From: Candidatus Peregrinibacteria bacterium CG11_big_fil_rev_8_21_14_0_20_49_14 | GTDB lineage: Bacteria > Patescibacteriota > Gracilibacteria > Peribacterales > Peribacteraceae | NCBI GenBank assembly: GCA_002787035.1 | Contig: PCVP01000014.1 | Coordinates: 115,107 to 179,106 of the forward strand | DNA: 64,000 bases | Direction: 5' to 3' | Part shown: positions 34,512-43,956 of the stretch, one piece after another | Numbering within the stretch: position 1 is the stretch's first letter | Layout of the letters: every line of letters starts with the position of its first letter | The notes under the pieces: generated by a model | Told to the model about the DNA's origin: nothing | The model's input: the letters and a program-made list of their open reading frames with translations, nothing else | The model's database searches: none | Translations under genes and position numbers: made by a program

Positions 34512-35814
34512 GCAACCGCACGCGACGCGGAAGCAAGATGGCAAGACCTATGAGCTGTACTATCTGACCGCAGGTGAATCCGAGAGCCAAACTGTACACG
34601 CCGAATTTTTCGGAGAGAAGCCATGCGACTGCAATGGCAACAAAACCGTTTGCCACACTGAAAACGGCGGGAGTGGTCGTATGTTTTAATGCATAGAAAG
34701 AGCGCAGTAGCAGATGATTGATGCTCTCAAACGGAATACTCACTGCGTACAGTGCAAGACAGACTGCAAATACCGGCAATACATGTGAAATATGAACCAG
34801 CCACGCAGCAAGTGGTGCGAGTGCGGCGAGAGCAAGAGCTCCCGGTATGGTGAGGACAAGAAGAATCATCACCCCCTTGCGCAGATAAATCCAAAATCTG
34901 CCAAAGTCCTTCTGTGCCGCTGACTGACTGAGGAGAGAAAACGCAGACTGAGCCAATGCTATGCCCGCTATGCCCACCACTACGGATTGAAAATTACGTG
35001 CATACGCATTGATAGTTACCGAACCTGCCCCCAGTCCGGATGCGACGGTATCGAAAAGAAGTAACTCCATCTGCAGTGCTCCGAGTGCCATCATTCTTGG
35101 AATCATGAGCAGACCCATTTCCGTAAGATCAGGGTGCCACAATGTCTTTCGCAATCGAAATCCCGAGCGATACACTGCCGCAAAACGGAGAAGTACATAC
35201 ACGACAGAACCTCCCAATGTGCCGTAAATAGGGCCGTAAGGACCGAATACAGGAGTGAGATACAGTGTGCCCGCTATGGTACCGAGTGTGTAGAAAATGG
35301 GAGTGAGTCCGTACATCCAATACCGCTGGACCGTTATGAGGTACTGCCCGAATGCGTTTCCAAATACGAAGAGAAAGTTGGTAAGCAGCGCCAGCCGACC
35401 GAAGTGAATGTAGAGCGCGAGAGCATCACCCTGAAACTGCGTGAGTATCGGAGCTATCCACGAAAAACATATGGCAAAGAACAATGCGAGAACGCCGAAT
35501 ACCAGCGCAGCGACTGCCACGACTCCGCTGAGGAATTGATTCATATGCTCCTGCTCCCCTTTTGCTTTGTACTGTGCAAGAAGCGGTACCACCGCCACGG
35601 AAAATCCCGCCATAATGCACATTTGAAACAGCAGATCACTGGGACGAAACGCCGCGATGTACACGTCTACGATATGGAGCTCGGGGAACGTTTTTGCGAG
35701 AATACGGTCGCGAAACAGACCGACAAACGACGCGCCGAACTGCGTACACGCCAAAACAACGGCACCACCGAGGATGCGATTCTGTGAAAAAACCGACGAG
35801 AAACGGAGATTCAT
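34495..35814 (-). CDS. murJ: lipid II flippase MurJ/MviN family
   Basis: 439 aa, ~12 TM. The N-terminus (SRILGGAVVLACTQFGASFVGLFRDRILAKTFP...VYIAAFRPSDLLF) is typical of MurJ. Confidence 0.8.
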   Translation of the reverse strand: MNLRFSSVFSQNRILGGAVVLACTQFGASFVGLFRDRILAKTFPELHIVDVYIAAFRPSDLLFQMCIMAGFSVAVVPLLAQYKAKGEQEHMNQFLSGVVAVAALVFGVLALFFAICFSWIAPILTQFQGDALALYIHFGRLALLTNFLFVFGNAFGQYLITVQRYWMYGLTPIFYTLGTIAGTLYLTPVFGPYGPIYGTLGGSVVYVLLRFAAVYRSGFRLRKTLWHPDLTEMGLLMIPRMMALGALQMELLLFDTVASGLGAGSVTINAYARNFQSVVVGIAGIALAQSAFSLLSQSAAQKDFGRFWIYLRKGVMILLVLTIPGALALAALAPLAAWLVHISHVLPVFAVCLALYAVSIPFESINHLLLRSFYALKHTTTPAVFSVANGFVAIAVAWLLSEKFGVYSLALGFTCGQIVQLIGLAILLPRRVRLLSTQS

Positions 35815-35854
35815 GGGCGTTCAGAATATCAGGTGTGTGGCCCTGAAACTAGGG

Positions 35855-35882
35855 GTTGACACCTTAAATTTCGCTTCTATAA
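35855..35882 (+). promoter_or_regulatory. near-consensus sigma-70 promoter
   Basis: TTGACA (35855..35860), 16-nt spacer, TATAAT (35877..35882). No ORF with coding character occurs for ~320 nt downstream. Confidence 0.6.
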
Positions 35883-36210
35883 TACCCGCGTTTTATGGCT
35901 CTACGACTCAGTATTCGCCGCAGCTTTATGCACTTTCTCACGTGGAAGGTGGAGGCTGCCGCATAAGAATATATGGAATATGCAGAGCAGAGAGCCTTCC
36001 TCCAAAAGAGCAGGGTCATGTTCTCCGAATCGATCTTTCACATCATCGCCCCTCCGGTTGTCCGTATGTACTCCTGCATCAAGTGATTGCTTAAGCCCAC
36101 CCCCCGCTGAACGCGGTCACCACTCTACGCAGTGCGGCTTACAGCCACTTGTCAGAAGTGCATTCGTTCCGACCGGAAACAAGTAACAACCAACAGAAAG
36201 GGAGAAAAGT

Positions 36211-36417
36211 ATGACAGTACGTCAGCACAAGCAAGATCGAATTGCAGAGCGATTCGAGAAGCTCAAAGGCGATGCCGCCACGCTCAGAGTGGGCGGAGAA
36301 AAGTTTAACTCTGCCCAGCAGCTCATCAGCAGAGTACAAACGGGCAAAGGACACCTTATCGTGCTTTTGAACTCTATGTTCAAAGCTTCCGCCGCCGTCG
36401 CACCGGCACCTGCCTAA
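36211..36417 (+). CDS. hypothetical 68-aa protein
   Basis: ATG preceded by AAGGGAG with 6-nt spacing, one of the few clear Shine-Dalgarno sites in the window. It is followed by a terminator. The sequence begins MTVRQHKQDRIAERFEKLKGDAATLRVGGEKFNSAQQLISRVQTGKGH... Confidence 0.55.
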   Translation: MTVRQHKQDRIAERFEKLKGDAATLRVGGEKFNSAQQLISRVQTGKGHLIVLLNSMFKASAAVAPAPA

Positions 36418-36459
36418 CTCTTGCCTCGCCTGTTCAGGTGAGTCGGAACACATCACAAG

Positions 36460-36491
36460 CCGTCGGTTCCTTACAGGATCGACGGTTTTTT
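36460..36491 (+). terminator. rho-independent terminator
   Basis: CCGTCG (36460..36465) pairs with CGACGG (36480..36485), followed by TTTTTT. Confidence 0.75.
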
Positions 36492-36528
36492 CTCGTGCAG
36501 TATTAGACGAACTGCCTCTCGGTGATTT

Positions 36529-39012
36529 ATGCTGCACACAGTGACTACCACCGACTCAGACACACCAACGCTCCCCTTCTCGACCGCATCGGACGCCGAA
36601 ATTTCCGCGCTACTTTCGCAGTGCCGCATAGGACTTACAGTGGAAGAAGCACGCAAAGTAAGTGCTCTTCTTCAGCGAGACCCCACAATAGTGGAAGCGG
36701 TAATTTGGGGAATACAGGGTTCCGAGCACTGCAGCTACAAATCTTCACGACGATTTTTACGTACGTTCCTTACGGAAGGAAAACATATTATTCTGGGCCC
36801 GGTGGAAGACAGCGGCATCGTTGCCATAACGGACGGACCTCCCGGCAAACGATGGGGATTTGTCGTCACACACGAATCGCACAACCACCCGTCCCAAATC
36901 GTGCCGTTCGAAGGAGCAGCTACGGGCGTGGGCGGAACGGTACGAGACATAGTATGTATGGGAGCGCGTGTCATAGGCTGTATGGATATGCTCCGACTCG
37001 GAGATTTGAAAACGGAAGAAAGTAAAACCATCGCACGTGAAGTCGTACGAGGAATAGGAGGATACGGAAACCCCCTGGGTGTGCCGAATCTCGGAGGCGA
37101 CACTGTGTTCGACTCCTCATACAACAGTAACTGCTTGGTGAATGCAGTCGCACTCGGAATAGTGCGTGAAGACGAAATAATTCACAGTTACGTACCGAAG
37201 GAAGCGGGAAGAGAAGGTTACGATATCATTCTTGTCGGAAAACCGACGGATCGCAGCGGTTTCGGCGGTGCGGCATTTGCGAGCGCATCCATGGAAGAAG
37301 AGAAGCAAGAGCAAAATACGGGTGCGGTACAGGAACCGAACCCTTTCTTGGAGCGTCATCTGCTGGCATCCAGCTATGCGCTGTTTGATTGGCTTGCAGC
37401 CAGTAAAAAGCTCGACAAAGTAAGTTGTAAAGACCTCGGAGCGGGAGGGGTGGTATGTGCCAGTGTGGAACAAATAGCCGACCAAGGTTTGGGTGCCACT
37501 GTGCGACTGGAAGATGTACACGTCGCGCTGCAGGGTCTTCCTCCGGAAGTAATCGCATGTGCGGAGACACAAGAACGCCTGTGTTGGATATGCCATCCGG
37601 AACTTACAGATCACATAATCACACATTATAATGAGGTGTGGGACCTTCCCAGTGTCGCCGAAAATGCGCGAGCGAGTGTAATAGGAAAAGTAAATGAGAG
37701 CGATACCTACACGCTGACATATCACGGACAAACACTGTGCGAGGCAACCGCCACCGCCATAACATGCGGACTGCAATATGAACGAGCAACAGAAGAATTT
37801 CCGTATACGGGCAACGAACCTGCAATTCACTCCGAAGGAGACACGATTACTGTCGGGGGCACGTCACTCACCCTCAGCGAGATGTTCCGTGCCATGCTTG
37901 CCCACCCCAACGGTGCAAGTAAAGCACCTGCATTCAGGCACTTCGATAAAAATGTGATCGGCAACACGCTCATAGAACCCGGCGAAGCGGATGCGGCGGT
38001 AATAGCACCGTTACAGGATTTGGAAAGCTACGTTCACGAAGGGGTACACCCGGGATGGGAACTTTCCGATGAAGAACAATGGCGTGGTGTGGCGGTTGCC
38101 GCAGACGGCAACGGAAGATACGGCCGTATTTCTCCCTACTGGCAGGGAGTGAACGCCGTTGCGGAATCCATGCGCAACGTGGCAGCCGTGGGAGGCAAAC
38201 CACGTGCACTCACCGACTGCTTAAACTACGGTAATCCAGAAATTCCAACACAGCTCTGGGCACTGAGTGAAGGAGTGCGTGGCATTGCAGACGCAGCAAA
38301 AAACGTGCAAGTGGAGGGAGAGCCCGTTCCTGTGATTTCAGGAAATGTCAGCCTCTATAACGGCAGACCGGACGGAAGTGCCATAGATCCCACAGCCATT
38401 GTAAGTTGTATCGGTATTCTTCGGGATGCCAGAGAGGCGGTGTCCATGACTATAAAGGAAGCAGACTCCCTCCTGTTTCTCATCGGAGAACGCAAGAATG
38501 AATGCGGCGGCTCTCTGTATTACCAGGTACTGGAAGAACGTACGGGCGCAAAAGCAGGCAGCATGCTGGGCGCGAACGTGCCACAGCCCGACTTCCGAGA
38601 GCTCAGTAGCCAGATAGCCGTGGTCACGAACGCCATAGAGCAAGGTATTGTGCTTTCTTCGCACGATATAAGCGACGGAGGGCTGCTTATGACCCTGTTT
38701 GAAATGACACTCCCCCAGCGGAAAACAGGCGGAAAAATAGGGATAGCAGCGGATATAGGGACAATAACGTACACGCTCACTCCCGCAGAGGCTCTGCTGA
38801 GCCAAACGGGAGGGTTCGTACTGGAAATTCACCCCAGCAATGCTGAGAAATTGCACAAACTGGCAGCCGCATATGACGTGAGTGTGGTGCAAATAGGCAA
38901 AACAAGAGCAGAATCTGTGCTCAGCATCGAATCTGCCGGAAAAACGCTGTTCAAAGAAGAAATCAGCTCGCTGAGGGGCATTTGGGAGAATGGGATGAAA
39001 ACAGCGTGGTAG
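36529..39012 (+). CDS. purL: phosphoribosylformylglycinamidine synthase subunit PurL (FGAM synthase II)
   Basis: GIQGSEHCSYKSS...AITDG...VVTHESHNHPSQIVPFEGAATGVGGTVRDI...LGVPNLGGD...GLGATV are the PurL/AIR-synthase-related motifs. 827 aa. Confidence 0.9.
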   Translation: MLHTVTTTDSDTPTLPFSTASDAEISALLSQCRIGLTVEEARKVSALLQRDPTIVEAVIWGIQGSEHCSYKSSRRFLRTFLTEGKHIILGPVEDSGIVAITDGPPGKRWGFVVTHESHNHPSQIVPFEGAATGVGGTVRDIVCMGARVIGCMDMLRLGDLKTEESKTIAREVVRGIGGYGNPLGVPNLGGDTVFDSSYNSNCLVNAVALGIVREDEIIHSYVPKEAGREGYDIILVGKPTDRSGFGGAAFASASMEEEKQEQNTGAVQEPNPFLERHLLASSYALFDWLAASKKLDKVSCKDLGAGGVVCASVEQIADQGLGATVRLEDVHVALQGLPPEVIACAETQERLCWICHPELTDHIITHYNEVWDLPSVAENARASVIGKVNESDTYTLTYHGQTLCEATATAITCGLQYERATEEFPYTGNEPAIHSEGDTITVGGTSLTLSEMFRAMLAHPNGASKAPAFRHFDKNVIGNTLIEPGEADAAVIAPLQDLESYVHEGVHPGWELSDEEQWRGVAVAADGNGRYGRISPYWQGVNAVAESMRNVAAVGGKPRALTDCLNYGNPEIPTQLWALSEGVRGIADAAKNVQVEGEPVPVISGNVSLYNGRPDGSAIDPTAIVSCIGILRDAREAVSMTIKEADSLLFLIGERKNECGGSLYYQVLEERTGAKAGSMLGANVPQPDFRELSSQIAVVTNAIEQGIVLSSHDISDGGLLMTLFEMTLPQRKTGGKIGIAADIGTITYTLTPAEALLSQTGGFVLEIHPSNAEKLHKLAAAYDVSVVQIGKTRAESVLSIESAGKTLFKEEISSLRGIWENGMKTAW

Positions 39013-39076
39013 TGCTTGACAAATAAATACTATTTTGATTTAATCATCTCCTTTTGCCAACTTTCCCTCTTTGATT

Positions 39077-40291
39077 ATGGCAAAGAAGACACCCTTCTTC
39101 CGTTCCGCTCTGCTGAGTGCAGTAGCAACTTTATCAGCACTCTCCGGAGTCGCACATGCGCAGGCAGCCGGAACCATTACTATCGAGCAAATCAGCCCGA
39201 TAGGTCAGTATGGAGAATGGCGTCTCTCTACTCCGTCCGGAATGGTAGTCAACAGAAAAAAGGAGCAAGTAAAAAGCCTGAGTGCTCAGGATGGTCAGTA
39301 TTTGTTCAATGTACAACCACCCGAAGGCGCGGTAACCACTCTGCGCTTCTATGAAGGAGGTGTGTTGGTAAATACGACACAAGGTACGCAGGTATCTTTC
39401 ACATTTTCCGGAAACGGCACACTCCGCGCAGAGGTACTCTACCGTTACGAAGGTGTTGTCGCAGTGGAAAGCACTCCTGCGGGTGCATCATTTGAACTAA
39501 GGGGACCAAACGGTGTGCGATACACTGGTGTCACGCCTGCCAGCTTTAACGGAATGCCTCCGCTTTACTACACAGCCAGCTACTCTTCTCTGCCCGGTTG
39601 TCAGCAACCAAAACCACAGAGCAGAGTATTGCGCCCGAACGCTTCGCTGATTTTTGAAGCAGACTTTATTTGTGAAAATGAGAAGGTGACAGTAAAAAAC
39701 ACGCCTCCTCCGGCAGACAAAGTTCCGACAAACAATGTGTCCACTCCTGCCATGCAACGCATGCTCGATGAACATACGCGCTCGAATGTGAGCCTGTTTC
39801 ATTCCTTAAATCAGAACGAAAGCGTTCCCGGCAGTACCGTATATGTGACTCTCGGCATACGAAACATCGGAAAGACGACCCTGAAGAATGTTACCCTCAC
39901 CGAGCAATTTGACGCGGAGAAGCTGTCCCCTATCGGAGTACTGCCTCAGGGCGGAAAGATTATCGGTTCAGTGATGATATGGGAAATTCCATCCATCTTT
40001 GCAGGTCAGAGCTTCTCTGTGACATTCCCTGTAAAAATTAGCAGCGATATCTTGCAGGGAGAAAAAGTAACGCTGAGCGCACGAGTTTCCGGTGACTCCG
40101 TGTATGCACCGCAGGGTGAACTGCTGAGCAAAATGATAGATGTCGGTGTGGTAGCCATGCCCGCAACGGGATGGAAGGCAGATGTTCTGTTTGCTCTGCT
40201 CAGTGCCGGTGCTCTCGGAGCACTCACTCTTACTTCGAACCCGATTATCCGCCGAAAGTCAGCTGTAGTACAAACTGCATCAAAACAATAG
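39077..40291 (+). CDS. secreted surface protein: shared N-terminal module, PEGA-like domain, DUF11-like domain and sortase-type C-terminal signal (MPATG)
   Basis: Signal peptide (...LSGVAHA QAAGTITIEQ). VVAVESTPAGASFELRGPNGVRYTGVTPASF is PEGA-like. The C-terminus has VAMPATGWK, a hydrophobic helix and RRKS. The ORF opens at TTG 39071; ATG is at 39077. Confidence 0.75.
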   Translation: MAKKTPFFRSALLSAVATLSALSGVAHAQAAGTITIEQISPIGQYGEWRLSTPSGMVVNRKKEQVKSLSAQDGQYLFNVQPPEGAVTTLRFYEGGVLVNTTQGTQVSFTFSGNGTLRAEVLYRYEGVVAVESTPAGASFELRGPNGVRYTGVTPASFNGMPPLYYTASYSSLPGCQQPKPQSRVLRPNASLIFEADFICENEKVTVKNTPPPADKVPTNNVSTPAMQRMLDEHTRSNVSLFHSLNQNESVPGSTVYVTLGIRNIGKTTLKNVTLTEQFDAEKLSPIGVLPQGGKIIGSVMIWEIPSIFAGQSFSVTFPVKISSDILQGEKVTLSARVSGDSVYAPQGELLSKMIDVGVVAMPATGWKADVLFALLSAGALGALTLTSNPIIRRKSAVVQTASKQ

Positions 40292-40306
40292 GTACGGGGA
40301 AGGGTT

Positions 40307-40345
40307 CCGTTTAAAGCAGTGTGCATTCGCATGCTGCTTTAACGG
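40307..40345 (+). terminator. long imperfect hairpin downstream of the surface-protein gene (possible terminator or attenuator)
   Basis: CCGTTTAAAGCAG (40307..40319) pairs with CTGCTTTAACGG (40334..40345) with a one-nucleotide bulge. There is no clear T-tract. Confidence 0.4.
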
Positions 40346-40437
40346 TTGTACTGCAATTCATGCAGTGAAGCACTGAGTCAATTGCTCTCTTCCTGTAAAT
40401 AGAAGAAACTTTTGCGGCATTATTTCGCCCCTACTCC

Positions 40438-41706
40438 ATGAGAATTCATAATCGATGTATTGCATCATTTGCAATTTCAGTACTGGTCCTCGGCATTGTT
40501 CCACAATATCTGCACGCGGCGCAGGCAACCGGTACCATTACCATAGAACAGCAAAGCCCCAACGGGATCATAGGAGAGTGGATTCTGATAAAACCTGGGA
40601 ACAAGCGCACTGTGTTGAGGCAAAAAACCTACACCTTCGACGAAGCGGAAGTGGGAAATTACACAATACTCATAGAGCCTCCCGCAGGTTCCGAAACCAC
40701 TATTCGTACATTCATAGAACAAGATCTTCTCAAGAGTGTAAAGCAGCCACAGACATCCTTTATGGTGGAACAGAACTCACACATTCTCGTACGCATAGAA
40801 TATGTGTTTACTCGCGTGGGAAAGGTGGGAGTAAACAGCCAACCTCCGGGTGTGGAATTCACATTGAAAGGACCGAACAAATTTGCCGTTCAGAGTGTCA
40901 CTCCTCAATCCTACAATGATATGCCCGAAGGGCAGTACACGGTGGAATATCAGGAAATCCCGGATTGCCCGAAAGCCAACCTCATCTCCGATAAACTTAT
41001 TGTGGGAGGAAGAATAAATTTCAATGTGAATTTCGAATGTGAAGGAATCAAAAATATCAAGCAGCAACAAGAATATGAAAAAACTCTCGAATTCATAACC
41101 ACGGAAATAGACGGGAAGAAAATCACATTTTCAGATGTACCTACACGAGAGTGGTTCGCACCGTTCGTCAGCAACGCCTTGAAAACAGGAATCATGACCG
41201 GATACCGAGACGAAAGAGGTACTGTAACGGGAGAGTATGGGCCTGGAAACGACGTCACCATCGCAGAACTTGCGAAGATAGCACACAAAATTGCAAACGT
41301 AGATGAAAATCTCACTCGATCACGTACTGTAAATCTCCGTGCACACGGCACATGGTTCGAGCAATACTTCGCCTCGGCGGAGAACCTTGAATGGCTCGTG
41401 TTTCAAGACCATCGAATCGATCCGGGCAGAGCAGCAACCAGAGGCGAAGTGGTTGCCACTCTTCTGCAGGCTCTGGACATTCCGAGAAACTGGGGAAAAG
41501 GAAATGTGTTTACCGATGTCTATCGTCGTACGCAATACGGGTCTTCCATAGAAACAGCGGCAGCAGATGGCATTGTGGATGGCTTCAGAGACCCAGACGG
41601 CAAGCCGACAGGAGAATTTAGACCCGACAAAGCGGTAAACCGAGCAGAGATGGCAAAAATAATAAAAAATGCCATCGATATCTATCTGGGAGGAAAGCTC
41701 TCTTAA
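40438..41706 (+). CDS. secreted surface protein: same N-terminal module as 39077..40291, PEGA-like domain and C-terminal SLH domains
   Basis: ...HAAQATGTITIEQQSPNGIIGEW...VGVNSQPPGVEFTLKGPNKFAVQSVTPQSY, then the SLH-type repeats FSDVPTREWFAPFVSNALKTGIMTGY...VTIAELAKIA and FTDVYRRTQYGSSIETAAADGIVDGF...VNRAEMAKII. Confidence 0.8.
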   Translation: MRIHNRCIASFAISVLVLGIVPQYLHAAQATGTITIEQQSPNGIIGEWILIKPGNKRTVLRQKTYTFDEAEVGNYTILIEPPAGSETTIRTFIEQDLLKSVKQPQTSFMVEQNSHILVRIEYVFTRVGKVGVNSQPPGVEFTLKGPNKFAVQSVTPQSYNDMPEGQYTVEYQEIPDCPKANLISDKLIVGGRINFNVNFECEGIKNIKQQQEYEKTLEFITTEIDGKKITFSDVPTREWFAPFVSNALKTGIMTGYRDERGTVTGEYGPGNDVTIAELAKIAHKIANVDENLTRSRTVNLRAHGTWFEQYFASAENLEWLVFQDHRIDPGRAATRGEVVATLLQALDIPRNWGKGNVFTDVYRRTQYGSSIETAAADGIVDGFRDPDGKPTGEFRPDKAVNRAEMAKIIKNAIDIYLGGKLS

Positions 41707-42989
41707 GCAACCAATTTGTCCGACAGTTGCGTGATTGTTCCCGCCCCCAGCGTGAGCACCAAATCTCCCGAGGTAAGCAACGTGTCCGTAAGAAGGGTGA
41801 ACATGCGGTCTATCGAGCCGCCGTACACCGCTTCAGTGGAACTGTGACGCGCTATGTCCTCAATGAATTGATCCAAATTTACTTCTGCGGTCTCGGTGTC
41901 GCTTCGGGCATCGTACACATCTGCCACCACAACCACGTCGGCATCGGAAAACGCACTGACGAACTCGTCATACAACTTCAATGTGCGATTATGAGTGTGC
42001 GGCTGGTACACACACACCAGTCTCCTGCCTCGATGCGCTTCTTTTAACGCGGAAAGTACGGCGCGTATCTCACGAGGATGGTGACCGTAATCATCCACGA
42101 CCATCACATCATTTGTGCGTGTTCCCTTGTATTCCATACGCCTCCAAGACCCCGCATACCCACTGAGTGCCTGCATTGTTTTTTTGTGATCCAACCCCAG
42201 GTGCTCTGCCAAACCCAGCACCAACTGTGCATTTTCCTGCATGTGCCTTCCCGGAGTCTGCAGTGATACCAATGCAAGGCCGTCTGCATTGAGTACGGTG
42301 CCATGAAAGTGACGAACAACCGCACGGCAATCGGGATCTGATTCATGGGTGATAACGACGCCATCTGGCGGAAGCAGCTGAAGAAATTCCCGAAAAGCGT
42401 TCTGATACTCCTCTACGGAAGAGAATGCATCGAAGTGATCGCCATCCACATTTGTCATAAGAATGACATCGGGTGACAGGTGCAGAAAGGAGCGTCTGTA
42501 TTCGCACGCTTCCACCAGAAAGAGATTACTCCCCCCCTTTCTCCAGTTCCTTCCGTTGAGCTCATGCAGCTTGGTTCCCACGACAATGGTGGGGTCTAAA
42601 CCGGCATCGAGCAGGACACGTGCAGCCATGGCAACCGTGGAAGATTTTCCATGTGTTCCGCACACCGCAATGACTGTATGCGTTTTGGAAATCATACCGA
42701 GAGCCTGAAAGTACGACATTTGTTCTATGCCCATTTCCTTGGCACGCACACGCTCGGGGGCGTGTTCGGGTATCGCCTCCGAGTACACGAACAAATCGAG
42801 GTTCTCAGGGAGAGCGGAACCGTCCTGTTGCAACGAGACGGTAATGCCCTGACTTCGTAAGACATCAAGCAGCGCACTGTCACTCCTGTCGCTCCCGAAA
42901 ATCGTATGACCGTTTACATGTTGCAGTGCGGCAAACGCACTGAGACCTATGCCACCTATGCCACTGCAGAAGATTCTCATGGATAGCAT
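41703..42989 (-). CDS. murC: UDP-N-acetylmuramate--L-alanine ligase
   Basis: RIFCSGIGGIGLSAFAALQ..GHTIFGSD...VYSEAIPEHAPE...IAVCGTHGKSSTVAMAA...EACEYRRSF...MTNVDGDHFDAF, the Mur ligase pattern of the MurC type. Confidence 0.85.
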   Translation of the reverse strand: MLSMRIFCSGIGGIGLSAFAALQHVNGHTIFGSDRSDSALLDVLRSQGITVSLQQDGSALPENLDLFVYSEAIPEHAPERVRAKEMGIEQMSYFQALGMISKTHTVIAVCGTHGKSSTVAMAARVLLDAGLDPTIVVGTKLHELNGRNWRKGGSNLFLVEACEYRRSFLHLSPDVILMTNVDGDHFDAFSSVEEYQNAFREFLQLLPPDGVVITHESDPDCRAVVRHFHGTVLNADGLALVSLQTPGRHMQENAQLVLGLAEHLGLDHKKTMQALSGYAGSWRRMEYKGTRTNDVMVVDDYGHHPREIRAVLSALKEAHRGRRLVCVYQPHTHNRTLKLYDEFVSAFSDADVVVVADVYDARSDTETAEVNLDQFIEDIARHSSTEAVYGGSIDRMFTLLTDTLLTSGDLVLTLGAGTITQLSDKLVA

Positions 42990-43003
42990 GGTAAACGAAA
43001 CTC

Positions 43004-43489
43004 ATGGCAGGCAGTAGCGATTTCCAGTATTCTTCGGTGCGCATGCCTTACCAGAATCTTGAACCCGTCAGTAAACAGCTGACGATTATAGTTGGCCTTG
43101 CCGTTGTGGGTTTCATGTCGTTCGGACTGGCGCTTTCTTTTTACCGTAATGCGCTATTTGAAGAAACGCTGAAAAATATCAACAAGCAAAACAACTCTCT
43201 GCGAGAAAAAATAACCCACGATTACCAAAATCTGGAATATTACAGGTCTACACAGTACAAGGATAAGTATGCCAAAGAGAACTTGGGACTCGTAAATCCC
43301 GGCGAAAAGGTGCTTATTATTACGCAGGACACGAATGTGGCCAGCTTTCCTCTGGATGCTTCCGCCACCACGGCAGACCAGCAGGAAGCAGCATATTTGG
43401 AGCTTCTGCGCCAAATGCCCGTTGCGGAGCACTGGAAACTCTTCTTTTTCCACAGGGAAAAGATCGATGAGCTGAAAAGGGCGTTGTAG
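43004..43489 (+). CDS. septum formation initiator family protein (FtsB/DivIC-like)
   Basis: Single TM helix, a coiled-coil segment, then YYRSTQYKDKYAKENLGLVNPGEKVLII, typical of the family C-terminal block. Confidence 0.65.
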   Translation: MAGSSDFQYSSVRMPYQNLEPVSKQLTIIVGLAVVGFMSFGLALSFYRNALFEETLKNINKQNNSLREKITHDYQNLEYYRSTQYKDKYAKENLGLVNPGEKVLIITQDTNVASFPLDASATTADQQEAAYLELLRQMPVAEHWKLFFFHREKIDELKRAL

Positions 43490-43497
43490 CGAAGAAT

Positions 43498-43575
<78 letters not shown>

Positions 43576-43611
43576 CGTGGTGCCAAACATACTGCATTAT
43601 AAGGAAAATAC

Positions 43612-43639
43612 TTGCAAGCGCATTCATTTTCCGTAGAAT
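43612..43639 (+). promoter_or_regulatory. promoter of rpmA
   Basis: TTGCAA (43612..43617), 16-nt spacer, TAGAAT (43634..43639). The ATG lies only 9 nt further on, so the leader is very short or absent. Confidence 0.5.
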
Positions 43640-43648
43640 TCTTGGGCT

Positions 43649-43933
43649 ATGGCTCATAAAAAGGCAGGTGGCTCCACCAGTAACGGCAGAGACAGTAACC
43701 CTAAATATCGAGGCGTAAAGCGCTACGGTGGTCAAACTGTGGCCTCAGGAGAGGTGCTCATTCGTCAGAAGGGCTTTAAGTGTCGTCCCGGCCAAAACAC
43801 TCATTTGGGCAAGGACTGGACTATTCACGCCTCTACGGATGGTATCGTCACCTTCAGCCAGAAGAGGCTGACAAAATTCAACGGGAAAAAGGAGCGATGC
43901 ACATTCGTGCATATTGCTCCGGCCACAAAATAA
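43649..43933 (+). CDS. rpmA: 50S ribosomal protein L27
   Basis: [42 protein letters not shown]...G.D.T..A..DG.V.F. Confidence 0.95.
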   Translation: MAHKKAGGSTSNGRDSNPKYRGVKRYGGQTVASGEVLIRQKGFKCRPGQNTHLGKDWTIHASTDGIVTFSQKRLTKFNGKKERCTFVHIAPATK

Positions 43934-43956
43934 CCTTTGTAGGATTTTTAGAACTG

